64,000 bases of DNA, from the NCBI GenBank assembly GCA_963719515.1, contig CAVRCJ010000005.1:1-64000 (forward strand), read 5' to 3'. Below are positions 1 through 10,536 of the stretch, in pieces (the stretch's first letter is position 1; each line of letters starts with the position of its first letter). The stretch comes from an uncultured cyanobacterium. GTDB lineage: Bacteria; Cyanobacteriota; Cyanobacteriia; CAKZMO01. Position numbers and translations under genes: made by a program. The notes under the pieces are model-generated. The model did not search any database. It saw only the letters and a program-made list of their open reading frames with translations, and was not told where the DNA came from.

Positions 1-543
1 GGCCGCCAGCGGAGCCTGGTTAGCCAGATCAATCCCGTTGAGCTCTTCTTCCAGCCCCAAAGTCACATCGAGCGCCGCCGCCTGCTGTCTTAGCCGGAGA
101 GCCTGAGCCTTGAGTCGCTGCAGCTGCTGGCGGTCGACTGCCTCTGGTGAGGGCCTCAGGCCAGTTGACCCTTGAACGCTGTGCTGATAGGAAAAGCTTC
201 CCAAATTCCAGACGCCGTTCCCTGGGTCAACATGGCCGTAGTATGCGGAGGTGCGCTGCCCCTCGAGGGTGCGCGTTCCCTCAGCATGGCCAACGCTGCG
301 GGCCACCAGAGAAGTTTCTCCGCCCCGGAATAGGGCCTCAAGGGAGATGGCGCTAGAGGGTCGGAGCGGGGGCGCGCTGGCCTCAAGGAGCGTCATTGAA
401 GCAGAGGTTGATATCTCCAACGCACCATCAGTCGGACGCGGAGAGACAATCTCTCTGGCGGGAACGGCGATCGCCGTTGCAACAAAAATGAGGCTGATTT
501 CGAGCCAGCGCGATGGCTGATGGGTCAGGGCGCGAATCAACAT
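1..543 (-). CDS. Conserved cyanobacterial hypothetical protein, runs off the left window edge (partial)
   Basis: Read by hand from ATG at 543: MLIRALTHQ...SLVARSVGHAEGTRTLEGQRTSAYYGHVDPGNGVWNLGSFSYQH...EEELNGIDLANQAPLAA. Open to position 1; not in the ORF track. Confidence 0.7.
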   Translation of the reverse strand, partial: MLIRALTHQPSRWLEISLIFVATAIAVPAREIVSPRPTDGALEISTSASMTLLEASAPPLRPSSAISLEALFRGGETSLVARSVGHAEGTRTLEGQRTSAYYGHVDPGNGVWNLGSFSYQHSVQGSTGLRPSPEAVDRQQLQRLKAQALRLRQQAAALDVTLGLEEELNGIDLANQAPLAA

Positions 544-855
544 AGGCGTATCTACCTGCTGCTCTTTGACTCCAATATAGTACATAAATACTACTAAGTC
601 TGCAGTCACTTCGCACAGCAGACGAATCGCGGGGCCCGTAGTCCGCTGACGCCTCTAACGCGGCAATCGCCTTGATGACAGGCTTACTTGCGGCAACTTG
701 GTAGTCTAAGACACAGTCACATGCAACCCACTCTGAGGAAGCAAAAGTTCCTGGTACAATTTTTGTGGGATAGAGTTAGTTGGAACTGCTCGCAACACGC
801 TACTTTGAATCGCCTGAGCGATCACCTATCACCACATACTATGGACTTATAAATA

Positions 856-1620
856 ATGCCAATTCCTGCTGTCGATACGGCAATGACGGCGTCTGACAAT
901 CACATCGGACGTATTTTGGTTGTCGAAGATGAGGAGGTCATTCGGGAGACAGTCGCCCTAGCCCTTACGGAAGAAGGGTACGACGTGCAGACGGTGGCGG
1001 ACGGCAGTAGCGCCCTTGAGGCGATTGGACATCTGATTCGAGATGGGAGCCAAGAGAAAGAGAACCGCATTCGGCCCGATCTGATTATTTTGGATTTGAT
1101 GTTGCCCAACATCAACGGATTAGACCTATGTCGCATCCTGCGCCATGAAGGAAACCACGTCCCCATCTTGATATTGAGCGCTAAGGGGGGCGAAACGGAC
1201 CGGGTTGTTGGCCTAGAGATTGGCGCAGACGACTACCTTGCCAAGCCGTTTGGCATGCGTGAGCTCATTGCGCGCTGCCGCGCCTTGCTAAGACGCTCCA
1301 ATCATTTGGAGGCAGCAAAGCAAGATAGCCTAACCTTCCACAACATTGTCCTCTACCCGCAAGAGTGCCGCGTCACGGTGCGCGGCGACGAGGTCAATCT
1401 TTCTCCTAAAGAGTTTCGGCTCCTCGATTTATTTATGAATCATCCTCGGCGAGTGTGGTCTCGCGAGCAGCTGATCGATCGCATCTGGGGGCCTGACTTT
1501 ATGGGAGACAGTAAGACAGTGGATGTCCACATTCGCTGGCTCCGGGAAAAGCTAGAGATTGACCCCAGTACTCCCAAGTACATCGTCACGGTGCGGGGGT
1601 TTGGCTATCGCTTTGGCTAG
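856..1620 (+). CDS. sphR: OmpR/PhoB-family response regulator, SphR-like
   Basis: Receiver (VVEDE, DLMLP, K) plus winged helix (SPKEFRLL, TVDVHIRWLREKLE, TVRGFGYRFG). Orthology to SphR rather than a paralog is not proven. Confidence 0.75.
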   Translation: MPIPAVDTAMTASDNHIGRILVVEDEEVIRETVALALTEEGYDVQTVADGSSALEAIGHLIRDGSQEKENRIRPDLIILDLMLPNINGLDLCRILRHEGNHVPILILSAKGGETDRVVGLEIGADDYLAKPFGMRELIARCRALLRRSNHLEAAKQDSLTFHNIVLYPQECRVTVRGDEVNLSPKEFRLLDLFMNHPRRVWSREQLIDRIWGPDFMGDSKTVDVHIRWLREKLEIDPSTPKYIVTVRGFGYRFG

Positions 1621-1636
1621 GGGCTTTGCCTGGCCC

Positions 1637-2548
1637 CTAAGGCCATACGCGGGGACGGCAGCTTGGTCTTTGGGAGTGATGCTGGCGCACCAAACCCCAG
1701 ACCTGCTCAAACCACTGCTTCGCCTGGGTCGTAGAAAAGCCTCGATAGCGGCACAGCATCCCCGACATGAGACGAGTAACGCCAAATTCTGCTGAGCCGT
1801 CAGTGAGACTTGGGTCTCTGCTCTCGGTGACGTGGCCGTAATCGCCGGCCCGCAGCCGACAGGCTTCGATTAGCGATCGCGGGGCGTCATGGCCAATACT
1901 GACCCAAGTTCCAATAACTGGAGCACTCCTGAGCCCGGATGGACTGCTCAGAAGCTCGCTGCCGCCAGCAATAGATTGGGGGTCTACCCATAGGGGTTTT
2001 CCGGCTTGGGTGACCAGAGTATTGGTGCGCCAGCTTCCAGTCGCGAACGTTTCTCCCCGGGCGCTGCGGCCAAGACGCACAACGTCCCATCCCGTCCATA
2101 GAGCACCTGGGGCCAACGATACGCGCAGCTGCTGGCGATAGTGGGCTCCGGTAAACAAGATGGTTTCTTGCGGAAACCATTCCAGGCAGGCTCCAGGCTG
2201 AAGCGCAATGTCAATACTCTGCAAAACGGGCTCGCCAGCGCTGCGATAGACCTTACCGGCGGCGGCGCTGGTCATTAGCACCTTGGCCCCTTCGCCCAGA
2301 GTAAGACTCACCTGGAGGCGATCGCCACCCACAAGTCCTCCAGCGGTGTGTAGCATGACACCGTGACAGACCTCAGGGCCTTCTGGATAGAATGGTCGCT
2401 GCAGCTTGAGCGGCGCTTGAGCCCGGCGATGGACAATTCTCGTTGTATCATCTTGGCGAGCAAATGAGAGCTGTAGACTGCCTGCCCAAGCGTGAGACGC
2501 CCCTAAGGGCCGAGATAGGGGGGTGACGGAAGCAACTTTCTCAATCAA
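1637..2548 (-). CDS. ureD: Urease accessory protein UreD
   Basis: APLKLQRPFYPEG, HTAGGLVGGDRL, LEWFPQETILF, RLGRSARGETF; C-terminal PRVWP. Confidence 0.93.
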   Translation of the reverse strand: MIEKVASVTPLSRPLGASHAWAGSLQLSFARQDDTTRIVHRRAQAPLKLQRPFYPEGPEVCHGVMLHTAGGLVGGDRLQVSLTLGEGAKVLMTSAAAGKVYRSAGEPVLQSIDIALQPGACLEWFPQETILFTGAHYRQQLRVSLAPGALWTGWDVVRLGRSARGETFATGSWRTNTLVTQAGKPLWVDPQSIAGGSELLSSPSGLRSAPVIGTWVSIGHDAPRSLIEACRLRAGDYGHVTESRDPSLTDGSAEFGVTRLMSGMLCRYRGFSTTQAKQWFEQVWGLVRQHHSQRPSCRPRVWP

Positions 2549-2786
2549 GGCCTAATTTGCCCCCGGACCGTAGGTTTACTAAGTTTTCTCACATTATCCT
2601 AGCGTTGTTTAAAGCGGTCTTGAAGATGGGACGAAATAGCCTTCCACCAACTTTTATAGCTGTTTAATTTATATAAACTCTTCGAGTCAGCTGCCGAGAT
2701 GTCTTTAAGAGCTGCTATTGCCTAGCTTTAGTCAACCCCAGCCCGGCAAAACCGAAGCTGGTAACCCACAACGATACAACCCAACG

Positions 2787-4664
2787 ATGCCTAACTGTGC
2801 CGCTGTGCTTCTACTGTCGTCACTCTCAAAGGGGGGCTTCCCCCTGCTGATAGTTCCATTTATAGACAAAGTTGACCCTATTTTTCTCACGCTGGGGATC
2901 GTTGCGTTTGCCCTTGTTGCATTTGTGGCTGAGTGGCTGCCGGTTGACCTAACGGCCTTGATTATTAGCGTCGTTCTGATGCTTGCGGGCCTGGTGACTC
3001 CGGAGGAAGGAGTTTCTGGGTTTAGCAATGTAGCGACCGTTACGGTGATGTCTATGTTCATCCTGAGCGCTGGCGTCTCAAAAACGGGGGTGATTCAGAT
3101 TGTCAGAGACTTTTTGCTGCAGTATGGCGGCAAGAAACTCTCTCGACAGATCTTGGTTATGGGATTTATCCTCGGACCTGTAACCGCCTTCATTAATAAC
3201 ACCGCTGTGGTTGCCGTCTTTTTGCCCATCGTAGAAGAATGGAGCCGTAAGCAGGGAATATCTCCCTCTAAGCTGCTGATCCCTATGTCCTACGCCACAA
3301 TCATGGGCGGATTACTGACGCTGATCGGCACCTCCACCAATATTCTGGCAAGCAGTATCTCAGAGCAGCTGGGCTACGGAGCATTTGGCCTATTTCAGTT
3401 CACGAAGCTCGGCATGGTCGTGTTTCTCATCGGCATGCTTTACCTCGCCCTGGTCGCCCCTCGACTATTGCCCTCGCGCCGCGCGCCCTACAGCGACGTC
3501 ATGGATGAAGGCTACGGAATGCGGGACTATGTCAGCGAGTTTGCGATTAAGAGAGGGTCCAGCTTGGTGGGCCAAACCCTACGCTCCAGCAAAATCCAGC
3601 GTAAATTCGACATCGATGTTCTGGAGATGATCCGCAACGGCAGTCATTTCCCGCAGCCGCTGGCCAACAAGTCGTTTCAAGCTGACGACGTTCTAATCGT
3701 GCGGGGTGGCAAGGATGATTTGCTTGCGCTCCGCTCTCAGCGAGACGTGGAGATTATGCCCGATGTGGAAGTAGATCCAGACTCGATTGAGGAAGACTTG
3801 ACCTCCAATGAAGAAGCGATCGCCGAAGTGCTAATTCTCTCCAATTCTCGGTTGAGCGGCGCAACGTTGAAGGAGCTGCGCTTTCGCCAGCGATACAACG
3901 CCACCGTGCTGGCTATCCGGCGAGGCCAAGATGTCATTCGAGAGCGGCTGGGCAAAGTTCCTCTAAGGTTTGGCGACCTGCTGCTGGTTCAAGGCCCGCG
4001 CGAGAGCTTTTTGGGACTGCAAACCAGCCGCGAACTGCTGGTACTAGAGCACCGAGAGGTGGAGCCTCCCCGCTGGGACAAGGCCTGGATTGCGCTCTCC
4101 ATCGTGCTGGGGGTGGTGCTGATGGCGGCGTTTAACGTGGCGCCAATTATGGTGAGCGCCCTATGCGGTGTGGTGTTGATGGTGCTCACGGGCTGCCTCA
4201 AGCCAGGGGAACTGTATGGCACTGTCCGCTGGGACGTGATTTTTTTGCTGGCCGGGCTGATTCCCTTTGGAATTGCTATGGAAAAGTCGGGGGCGACCGC
4301 CTGGTTAGCGGGCAGACTGCTGCTGCTGGGAGACAATGTGTCAGGCTACTGGATTTTACTGCTGTTTTACCTCGCCACCGTCGTCCTGACGGAAATCCTC
4401 TCCAACAACGCCTCTGTCGTGCTCATGGTGCCGATCGCAGCCGAAGTGGCTACCGCCTTAGACCTCAACCCGCTGGCGTTTATCTTTGCCGTCGTGTTCG
4501 CAGCGTCTAATAGCTACATGACTCCCATCGGCTACCAAACCAACACTATGGTGTATGGCCCGGGGGGCTATCGATTTCTTGACTTTGCTCGGGTGGGTGC
4601 CCCCCTGAGCCTCATCTTGGCTGTGGTGACACCGCTGTTGATTATTCGGTTCTATGGCCTTTAG
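2787..4664 (+). CDS. SLC13/CitMHS-type permease with two TrkA-C domains (start uncertain)
   Basis: FINNTAVV, TLIGTSTN, LSNNAS and TPIGYQTN motifs; central RCK-C-like repeats. Confidence 0.9.
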   Translation: MPNCAAVLLLSSLSKGGFPLLIVPFIDKVDPIFLTLGIVAFALVAFVAEWLPVDLTALIISVVLMLAGLVTPEEGVSGFSNVATVTVMSMFILSAGVSKTGVIQIVRDFLLQYGGKKLSRQILVMGFILGPVTAFINNTAVVAVFLPIVEEWSRKQGISPSKLLIPMSYATIMGGLLTLIGTSTNILASSISEQLGYGAFGLFQFTKLGMVVFLIGMLYLALVAPRLLPSRRAPYSDVMDEGYGMRDYVSEFAIKRGSSLVGQTLRSSKIQRKFDIDVLEMIRNGSHFPQPLANKSFQADDVLIVRGGKDDLLALRSQRDVEIMPDVEVDPDSIEEDLTSNEEAIAEVLILSNSRLSGATLKELRFRQRYNATVLAIRRGQDVIRERLGKVPLRFGDLLLVQGPRESFLGLQTSRELLVLEHREVEPPRWDKAWIALSIVLGVVLMAAFNVAPIMVSALCGVVLMVLTGCLKPGELYGTVRWDVIFLLAGLIPFGIAMEKSGATAWLAGRLLLLGDNVSGYWILLLFYLATVVLTEILSNNASVVLMVPIAAEVATALDLNPLAFIFAVVFAASNSYMTPIGYQTNTMVYGPGGYRFLDFARVGAPLSLILAVVTPLLIIRFYGL

Positions 4665-4782
4665 CGGCTGGCTCCTATTGCCTTTTGAAGCCTGTCCGCC
4701 TTTGGGGGGAGTGATACTGTAATAATTGAGGCACTGCTGTCTTTATGGCTGCTTCGCTACTGATCCCACCCCATTTACCGTC

Positions 4783-6258
4783 ATGGTTACTCAAGTCACT
4801 CCCGCCTCCTGCGATCGCGACTGGACGCCCATCATCCGAGACTTTGAGGCGGTGCTAGGCGAAACTGGCGTCGTGCGGCGCAAAGAAGAGCTACTGGTCT
4901 ACGAATGTGACGGTCTGACCAGCTATCGCCAGCGCCCCAACGTGGTGGTGCTGCCCCGGACGACGGAACAGGTGGCTGCCGTGGTGGCGCTCTGCGATCG
5001 CTACGACGTTCCCTTTATTGCCCGAGGGGCAGGCACGGGGCTCTCGGGTGGGGCATTGCCCACAGACAACTGCGTCTTGATCGTCACCACCCGCATGAAC
5101 CGCATTTTGTCCGTCGATTTAGACAATCAGCGGGTGGTGGTACAGCCGGGGGTGATTAACAACTGGGTAACCCAGGCCGTCAGCGGCGCAGGATTTTACT
5201 ACGCCCCCGATCCCTCAAGCCAAAGCGTCTGCTCCATCGGGGGCAACATTGCCGAGAATTCAGGCGGGGTCCACTGCCTGAAGTACGGCGTCACCACAAA
5301 CCACGTTTTGGGCCTGCGTCTGGTGCTGCCCGACGGCACCATAACCGATGTGGGCGGCCTACCCGAGATGCCGGGGTACGATCTGACGGGGCTGTTTGTG
5401 GGGTCCGAGGGCACCTTGGGCATCGCCACAGAGATCACCCTGCGGATTTTGAAAGCCCCTGAGTCAATTCAGGTGCTGCTGGCGGACTTCACGACCGTTG
5501 ACGCAGCGGGGCAGGCGGTGTCAGACATCATCAGTGCCGGAATTACCCCGGCGGGCATGGAGATGATGGACAACTTCAGCATCAACGCCGTTGAGGATGT
5601 GGTAGCGACCAACTGCTACCCCCGAGATGCTGAGGCTATTTTGCTGATTGAAGTAGACGGGCTCACGGCAGAGGTGGCGGAAGTTAGCCGAAAGATCGAC
5701 GCTATCTGTCGTCAAAACGGGGCGCGAAGCATTACCACCGCGGCGCAGCCTCAAGAACGCCTGATGGTGTGGAAGGGGCGTAAAGCCGCGTTCGCCGCGA
5801 TGGGAAAAATCAGCCCTGACTACTACGTTCAGGACGGCGTTATTCCGCGCACCAAGCTGCCCCAGGTGCTTCAAGAGATTGACTCTCTCAGCCGCCGTCA
5901 CGGCTATGCCGTGGCTAACGTTTTTCACGCGGGAGACGGCAACCTCCACCCGCTGATTCTGTATGACAACTCGGTGCCCGGTCAGCTAGAAGCAGTAGAA
6001 GCTTTGGGGGGGGATATCCTCCAGCTGTGCATCCAGGTGGGGGGAAGTATTTCCGGGGAGCACGGCATTGGGGCCGACAAGCGGTGCTACATGTCCAGCA
6101 TGTTTTCTGAGGTCGACTTGGACACGATGCAGCAAGTGCGGCAGGTGTTTAACCCCAAAGGCCTAGCCAATCCGGGCAAGATATTTCCCACTCCGCGAAC
6201 CTGTGGGGAAGGTGCGGCGCAGAAAGCCCAGAAGTTTACAGACCTTGACCAGTTTTGA
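4783..6258 (+). CDS. glcD: Glycolate oxidase/dehydrogenase FAD subunit
   Basis: RGAGTGLSGGA, APDPSS, GSEGTLGI, HAGDGNLHP, SGEHGIG, NPGKIFP. Confidence 0.92.
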   Translation: MVTQVTPASCDRDWTPIIRDFEAVLGETGVVRRKEELLVYECDGLTSYRQRPNVVVLPRTTEQVAAVVALCDRYDVPFIARGAGTGLSGGALPTDNCVLIVTTRMNRILSVDLDNQRVVVQPGVINNWVTQAVSGAGFYYAPDPSSQSVCSIGGNIAENSGGVHCLKYGVTTNHVLGLRLVLPDGTITDVGGLPEMPGYDLTGLFVGSEGTLGIATEITLRILKAPESIQVLLADFTTVDAAGQAVSDIISAGITPAGMEMMDNFSINAVEDVVATNCYPRDAEAILLIEVDGLTAEVAEVSRKIDAICRQNGARSITTAAQPQERLMVWKGRKAAFAAMGKISPDYYVQDGVIPRTKLPQVLQEIDSLSRRHGYAVANVFHAGDGNLHPLILYDNSVPGQLEAVEALGGDILQLCIQVGGSISGEHGIGADKRCYMSSMFSEVDLDTMQQVRQVFNPKGLANPGKIFPTPRTCGEGAAQKAQKFTDLDQF

Positions 6259-6399
6259 TGACCCTATTTCGCGGCCTTAAGCTGGAGCGGCCTTAAGCTG
6301 AAATAGTAGGGTAGCGATCGCTCTACATGCGCGTGTTGCTCCATAAACGGGCACCGCTCTACAGACAGGCGTCGCTCTGTAAGCAAGGCATCCGTTGCC

Positions 6400-8175
6400 T
6401 CAGGCCTCCAAATTCCGGTACCACCTGAAATACAGCACCCCGCTCAACCCCCCAAAGACAATAGCCGCCCCCGCCAGCGTTCCCCAGAGGTGCAGCAGCA
6501 GGGAAATCATCATCACCACGCTCGAAAGCTGCCAGGCTACCCCCACCAGCACGTTAGAAATATCCGTCGCGTTCGCCCGCCGCTGCTTCTCCACCAGCGA
6601 ATCCTCTAGCTTTGAGCGCACCGGTCCCCAAGCTCCAAATGGCCTGACCCGTAGCCAAAATGTTTTCAAGGTCTCCATATCCGTGGGAGGGGTGAGGTAA
6701 GAGCCCACCACCCCCCCCAGCAAAGAAAGTCCCAGGGTCACCAAGAACGTCAGGTAAAAGGCCAGGTCAGGGGCCCCAAGCTTGAGCGCCACCGAGGTCA
6801 CCAGCCCCGTCGCCGTGGCGATCGCAAAGCCATAGCCGTTGAACCGCCACCAGTACCAGCGCATAACGATGGGCGCAGCTAGCCCCGCCGACAGCGGCCC
6901 CGTAATCCAGCTCCAGACCTCGTTAATGTTTTGCACCGACAGGCTCAGCGCGATGGCCACCACCGCGAAGGCCACCGTGCCGAGGTAGCTCTGGCGCAGC
7001 AGCGATCGCTCGCTGGCGGTGGGGTTGATGTAAATCTGGTAGATGTCTTTCACCCAGTAGGCCACCCCAGCGTTAATGGTGGAATCGAAGGTGGACATGG
7101 CCGCCGCCACCATTCCCGCCACCAGCATCCCCCGCAGCCCGGAGGGAATGGACTGGCTCACCACCACGGGCAGAGTCTTCTCCGGGTCGGCGGCCAGCAG
7201 CTGGGCCACCTCCGGGACCGTGCGGGCCAGCTCTAGCCCTAACACCACTGAGCCAATCACCAGCATCCAGCGAAACAGCAACAGTAAAATCCAGGTCGCC
7301 GTCATCAGCCCTGCGTCGCGATCGCTAGCGGTGGCGTAGAACCGCTGAGGGGCATAGCCGCCGCTGAAGCCACCTGTGCCCTCAAATAGCCCCCGGGCAA
7401 TCCAAAAGATGATGCATACCCCAAAAGCCTGATACACCAGCGGGTCAGCCAGCCAGGTCATGGGGGCAGCCTGCCACTGAGGCCAAAAGCTGCCCCAGCC
7501 GGGGTAGCTCGCTGAGGCGATCGCCTCAGCGTGGTTGGGCAGGGTAAAGGCCCGGAAGCCAATGTAGAGCGACACCGACAAAATCAGCACCTCCTGCACT
7601 AGGTCAGTGTAAATCACACCGTAAAACCCTGATGTGGCAGTGTAGCCTACGGCCACCACAATCATGAGAATGGCGCAGACCGTAGGGCTAAAGGGAATGT
7701 AGATGGCTAAAAACTTGGCCGCGCCCTCGATGAAGTACACCAGCAGAGACAGGGTGACGATGATATTTGATGCCGCGCTTAGAAGCCGCGCCAGTTTCCC
7801 CGCTTGGCCGCTGCCAAACCGCAGCTCCATCCACTCCGCCGTGGTCATCACCTGCGATCGCCGCAGCCACTTACCCATATAAATCATCAAAATGGCATAG
7901 GGCAGGGCCATGCCGCCCCGCATGGCCACCCAAAATCCTTGGAGCCCGATGGCAAAGAAAAACGACACGATAACCATGGTGCCGGTCATGTCGAAGTTAG
8001 ACGCGGTGCCCGACAGCCCCAGCGCCCACCAGGGAATATTGCGTCCGCCCAAGAAGTAATTGTCGAGGCCTTGAGCTGCCAATTTAGAAAAGTAGACGCC
8101 GACCGCTAGCACCGTGACGAAGTAGGCCGTGATGATGAGCTTATCGACGGTGGAGAGATATCCTAGGGCTGTCAT
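6400..8175 (-). CDS. Sodium:solute symporter family protein
   Basis: YFLGGRNIPWW, many TM helices, AAAMSTFDSTIN. Confidence 0.88.
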   Translation of the reverse strand: MTALGYLSTVDKLIITAYFVTVLAVGVYFSKLAAQGLDNYFLGGRNIPWWALGLSGTASNFDMTGTMVIVSFFFAIGLQGFWVAMRGGMALPYAILMIYMGKWLRRSQVMTTAEWMELRFGSGQAGKLARLLSAASNIIVTLSLLVYFIEGAAKFLAIYIPFSPTVCAILMIVVAVGYTATSGFYGVIYTDLVQEVLILSVSLYIGFRAFTLPNHAEAIASASYPGWGSFWPQWQAAPMTWLADPLVYQAFGVCIIFWIARGLFEGTGGFSGGYAPQRFYATASDRDAGLMTATWILLLLFRWMLVIGSVVLGLELARTVPEVAQLLAADPEKTLPVVVSQSIPSGLRGMLVAGMVAAAMSTFDSTINAGVAYWVKDIYQIYINPTASERSLLRQSYLGTVAFAVVAIALSLSVQNINEVWSWITGPLSAGLAAPIVMRWYWWRFNGYGFAIATATGLVTSVALKLGAPDLAFYLTFLVTLGLSLLGGVVGSYLTPPTDMETLKTFWLRVRPFGAWGPVRSKLEDSLVEKQRRANATDISNVLVGVAWQLSSVVMMISLLLHLWGTLAGAAIVFGGLSGVLYFRWYRNLEA

Positions 8176-8604
8176 GGCTGTTTTTAAAATAATCTTCTCA
8201 GCAGTTTGCATTCTGCGAGCTGGCTCGAAGAGATGCCAGCGGCAGCAGGGCAAGTAACATGACGCCAGCTATTTTCTGACTAGGGGATACTTTGACTGAC
8301 TACATCTCTACGAAGTCTGGAGCGCTGAGAACTACCAAAATCCTGCCAGACATGGCAGAAAATATCCATCCTCAGAGCCTTTGAAGCAGCAATTTGTAAA
8401 GAATAATATTTGATCTTGGCTGTCAAATATTAAAAATAGATCAATATGCCGATTTGCTTAGTTCAAAAGGTTAGTCTGCGTGCCAAATAGGTCCAATAGA
8501 GTGAGAAGGTTCTTCAGCCATCTCCTCCTCTTGATCGTTACTCTTTGACTGGAAGTGTCCCTACTATACGGGTATTCGAAGTTCATTCGCAAGGAGCCAA
8601 TTTT

Positions 8605-9534
8605 ATGGCAATTCGTAAGTTTAAAGAAGTTTACCCCGATCATAAGGAGGCCTTCGGCAGAGACGGAAACGCAATTCAGTTTGATGAGTACAAGCTATAC
8701 AGCCGTAAAGACGACCAGATCGGCTCTATTAAAGATGCGCTGTTTGATGACACTAGCGGAAATATTCGCTACCTGATCGCTGATACAGGGTTTTGGGTAT
8801 TTGGTAAAACGGTTCTACTTCCCATCGGTTTGGCTAACTTCGACCGCAGCCAAAAGCGCGTCTACGTTGACGGCTTCACCAAAGAGCAGGTGGAGAATCT
8901 GCCTGAGTACAGCGACGGAATGACCATCGACCGCGACTATGAAGAGCGCGTCCGCACCGGCTACCGTGGCTTGGGCGAAAACCGCAAGCGTCAGTTTATG
9001 GGCAAAGCCTATAACGACGAGAACAAAGCCTACCCCGGCAGCGCTGCGCTCTACGGCAACAAAGCTGAACGGACGGCAGCAGTGGACGCCGAGCTGCAAG
9101 ACTACGACCGAGAGCCAGGCCTATACGGTATGGATAAGGACACCCATAACCCTATCCGCCTGTACCAAGAGCGCCTAATTGCTGACAAAGAGCGGTTTAA
9201 GTCGGGTGAAGTCAACGTCAGTAAGCGCGTTGAGACCGAGACTAAGGAAGTATCGGTTCCTGTCGAAAGGGAGCGCGTTGTCATTGAACGGACCGCTGTA
9301 AACGACGCTCGTCCCACCGACGCTGCACCAGACTTCAAGGCAGGCAACGTTGCTCGGGTCGAAACCTACGCCGAGGAAGCCGATATCCGCAAAGAAGCGT
9401 ATGTCCGCGAAGAGGTCAACGTCCGCAAAGAGGTAGACCGCGACACCGTCACCGGAAGCGAGACCCTACGCCGCGAAGAGATTGACGTGGATACAGATGG
9501 CGACCCCAAAATCGACGGCCGGAAGCCTAGGTAA
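8605..9534 (+). CDS. PRC-barrel + DUF2382 (YsnF/AvaK) protein
   Basis: IRYLIADTGFWVFGKTVLLPIG; IRLYQERL...VSVPVERERVVIER...LRREEIDV; RBS AAGGAG. Confidence 0.88.
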   Translation: MAIRKFKEVYPDHKEAFGRDGNAIQFDEYKLYSRKDDQIGSIKDALFDDTSGNIRYLIADTGFWVFGKTVLLPIGLANFDRSQKRVYVDGFTKEQVENLPEYSDGMTIDRDYEERVRTGYRGLGENRKRQFMGKAYNDENKAYPGSAALYGNKAERTAAVDAELQDYDREPGLYGMDKDTHNPIRLYQERLIADKERFKSGEVNVSKRVETETKEVSVPVERERVVIERTAVNDARPTDAAPDFKAGNVARVETYAEEADIRKEAYVREEVNVRKEVDRDTVTGSETLRREEIDVDTDGDPKIDGRKPR

Positions 9535-9565
9535 TAGGTAGCGTCTCGTCCATCTAGTATTAGGT

Positions 9566-9599
9566 AAAAAAAGGGATCCCGAGTGGAATCCCTTTTTTT
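9566..9599. terminator. Bidirectional intrinsic terminator
   Basis: A7-GGGATCCC-GAGT-GGAATCCC-T7 between convergent genes. Confidence 0.8.
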
Positions 9600-9635
9600 C
9601 GGCTATTTACTTTTGACTAATCGAACCTATACCTC

Positions 9636-10253
9636 CTATGCCTCAGTTCTTACCCGTCGGGGCTGGCGAGCTCCTACCGTAGAACCGATTAGGGAAGACA
9701 CAAGACCCAGCAGCGAGCCGAACAGAAACGCAAATCCAGCCTTAGCCGTATTTGATGCGTACTGCTGAGCCTCCTGGGTGGTCACGTCGGGGTTAGGAAG
9801 AGACGCGGGCTGCTGAACTTCTTCGGCGATCGCTCCGGCGTTAGAGGCAATAACGCCAAAGACACCCGAAATGCCCATGGTCAGTAGCCAGGCGCTGAAT
9901 AATAACGTGGTGGCCCAAAGAATGGTGCCGTTGAGCATCGCTGTTCTTGCAGTCATCGGGCCGCAGGTGCTCGCCATCACCCAGCTGCCCAAGAACAGCG
10001 AAATCATGAGGCTGACGATGGCCCAAATGCCGACGCCAAGGCCGACCGTGCTGGCAGTGGTGCCCCCAGCTCCAGCCGACAGACCGATCGCCGTTCCCAA
10101 AGCGCTCAGCAGCAGCTGGGAGGCGATCGCAACGACAATTCCGGCGAAGATAGGACCCCAGCGAACGCGATCGTGATATTCCACAATCGGATTGACCACA
10201 GGTGCGACTGACGTATCTTGATACCCGACCTTAGGGTTTTCTGTATATGCCAT
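9636..10253 (-). CDS. Multi-TM hypothetical membrane protein
   Basis: RVRWGPIFAG motif followed by about four hydrophobic helices. Confidence 0.8.
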   Translation of the reverse strand: MAYTENPKVGYQDTSVAPVVNPIVEYHDRVRWGPIFAGIVVAIASQLLLSALGTAIGLSAGAGGTTASTVGLGVGIWAIVSLMISLFLGSWVMASTCGPMTARTAMLNGTILWATTLLFSAWLLTMGISGVFGVIASNAGAIAEEVQQPASLPNPDVTTQEAQQYASNTAKAGFAFLFGSLLGLVSSLIGSTVGARQPRRVRTEA

Positions 10254-10536
10254 TGTCAAAGTTCTCCAAAAAAACAGGACTCGTGCACGTTTTGCGGCGT
10301 GATGTCTCTTAGCTTATGGGCTGAGTCAAAATAAGATGACTATCGTTTGACAGAGGCTAGTCTATTCATTAGATATGCTTGTTCGCTAAACAGTTCTAAT
10401 ACCTTTGAATCGCGATTTATTGGTTACAAAACTTAATTTATTCTGGCCAACTTTATTGGACATTACCATTGATGGACGAAGGCGCAGCGAAGATCGTTTA
10501 GCATAAGCATGCCAACCTATTCCACCATTGACCGTC

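Noticed and set aside
2549..2786. Pho box near the sphR-like gene and SLC13 permease
   Set aside because: TTAA-containing words do not fall in the 11-bp register of PyTTAAPyPy(T/A) repeats.
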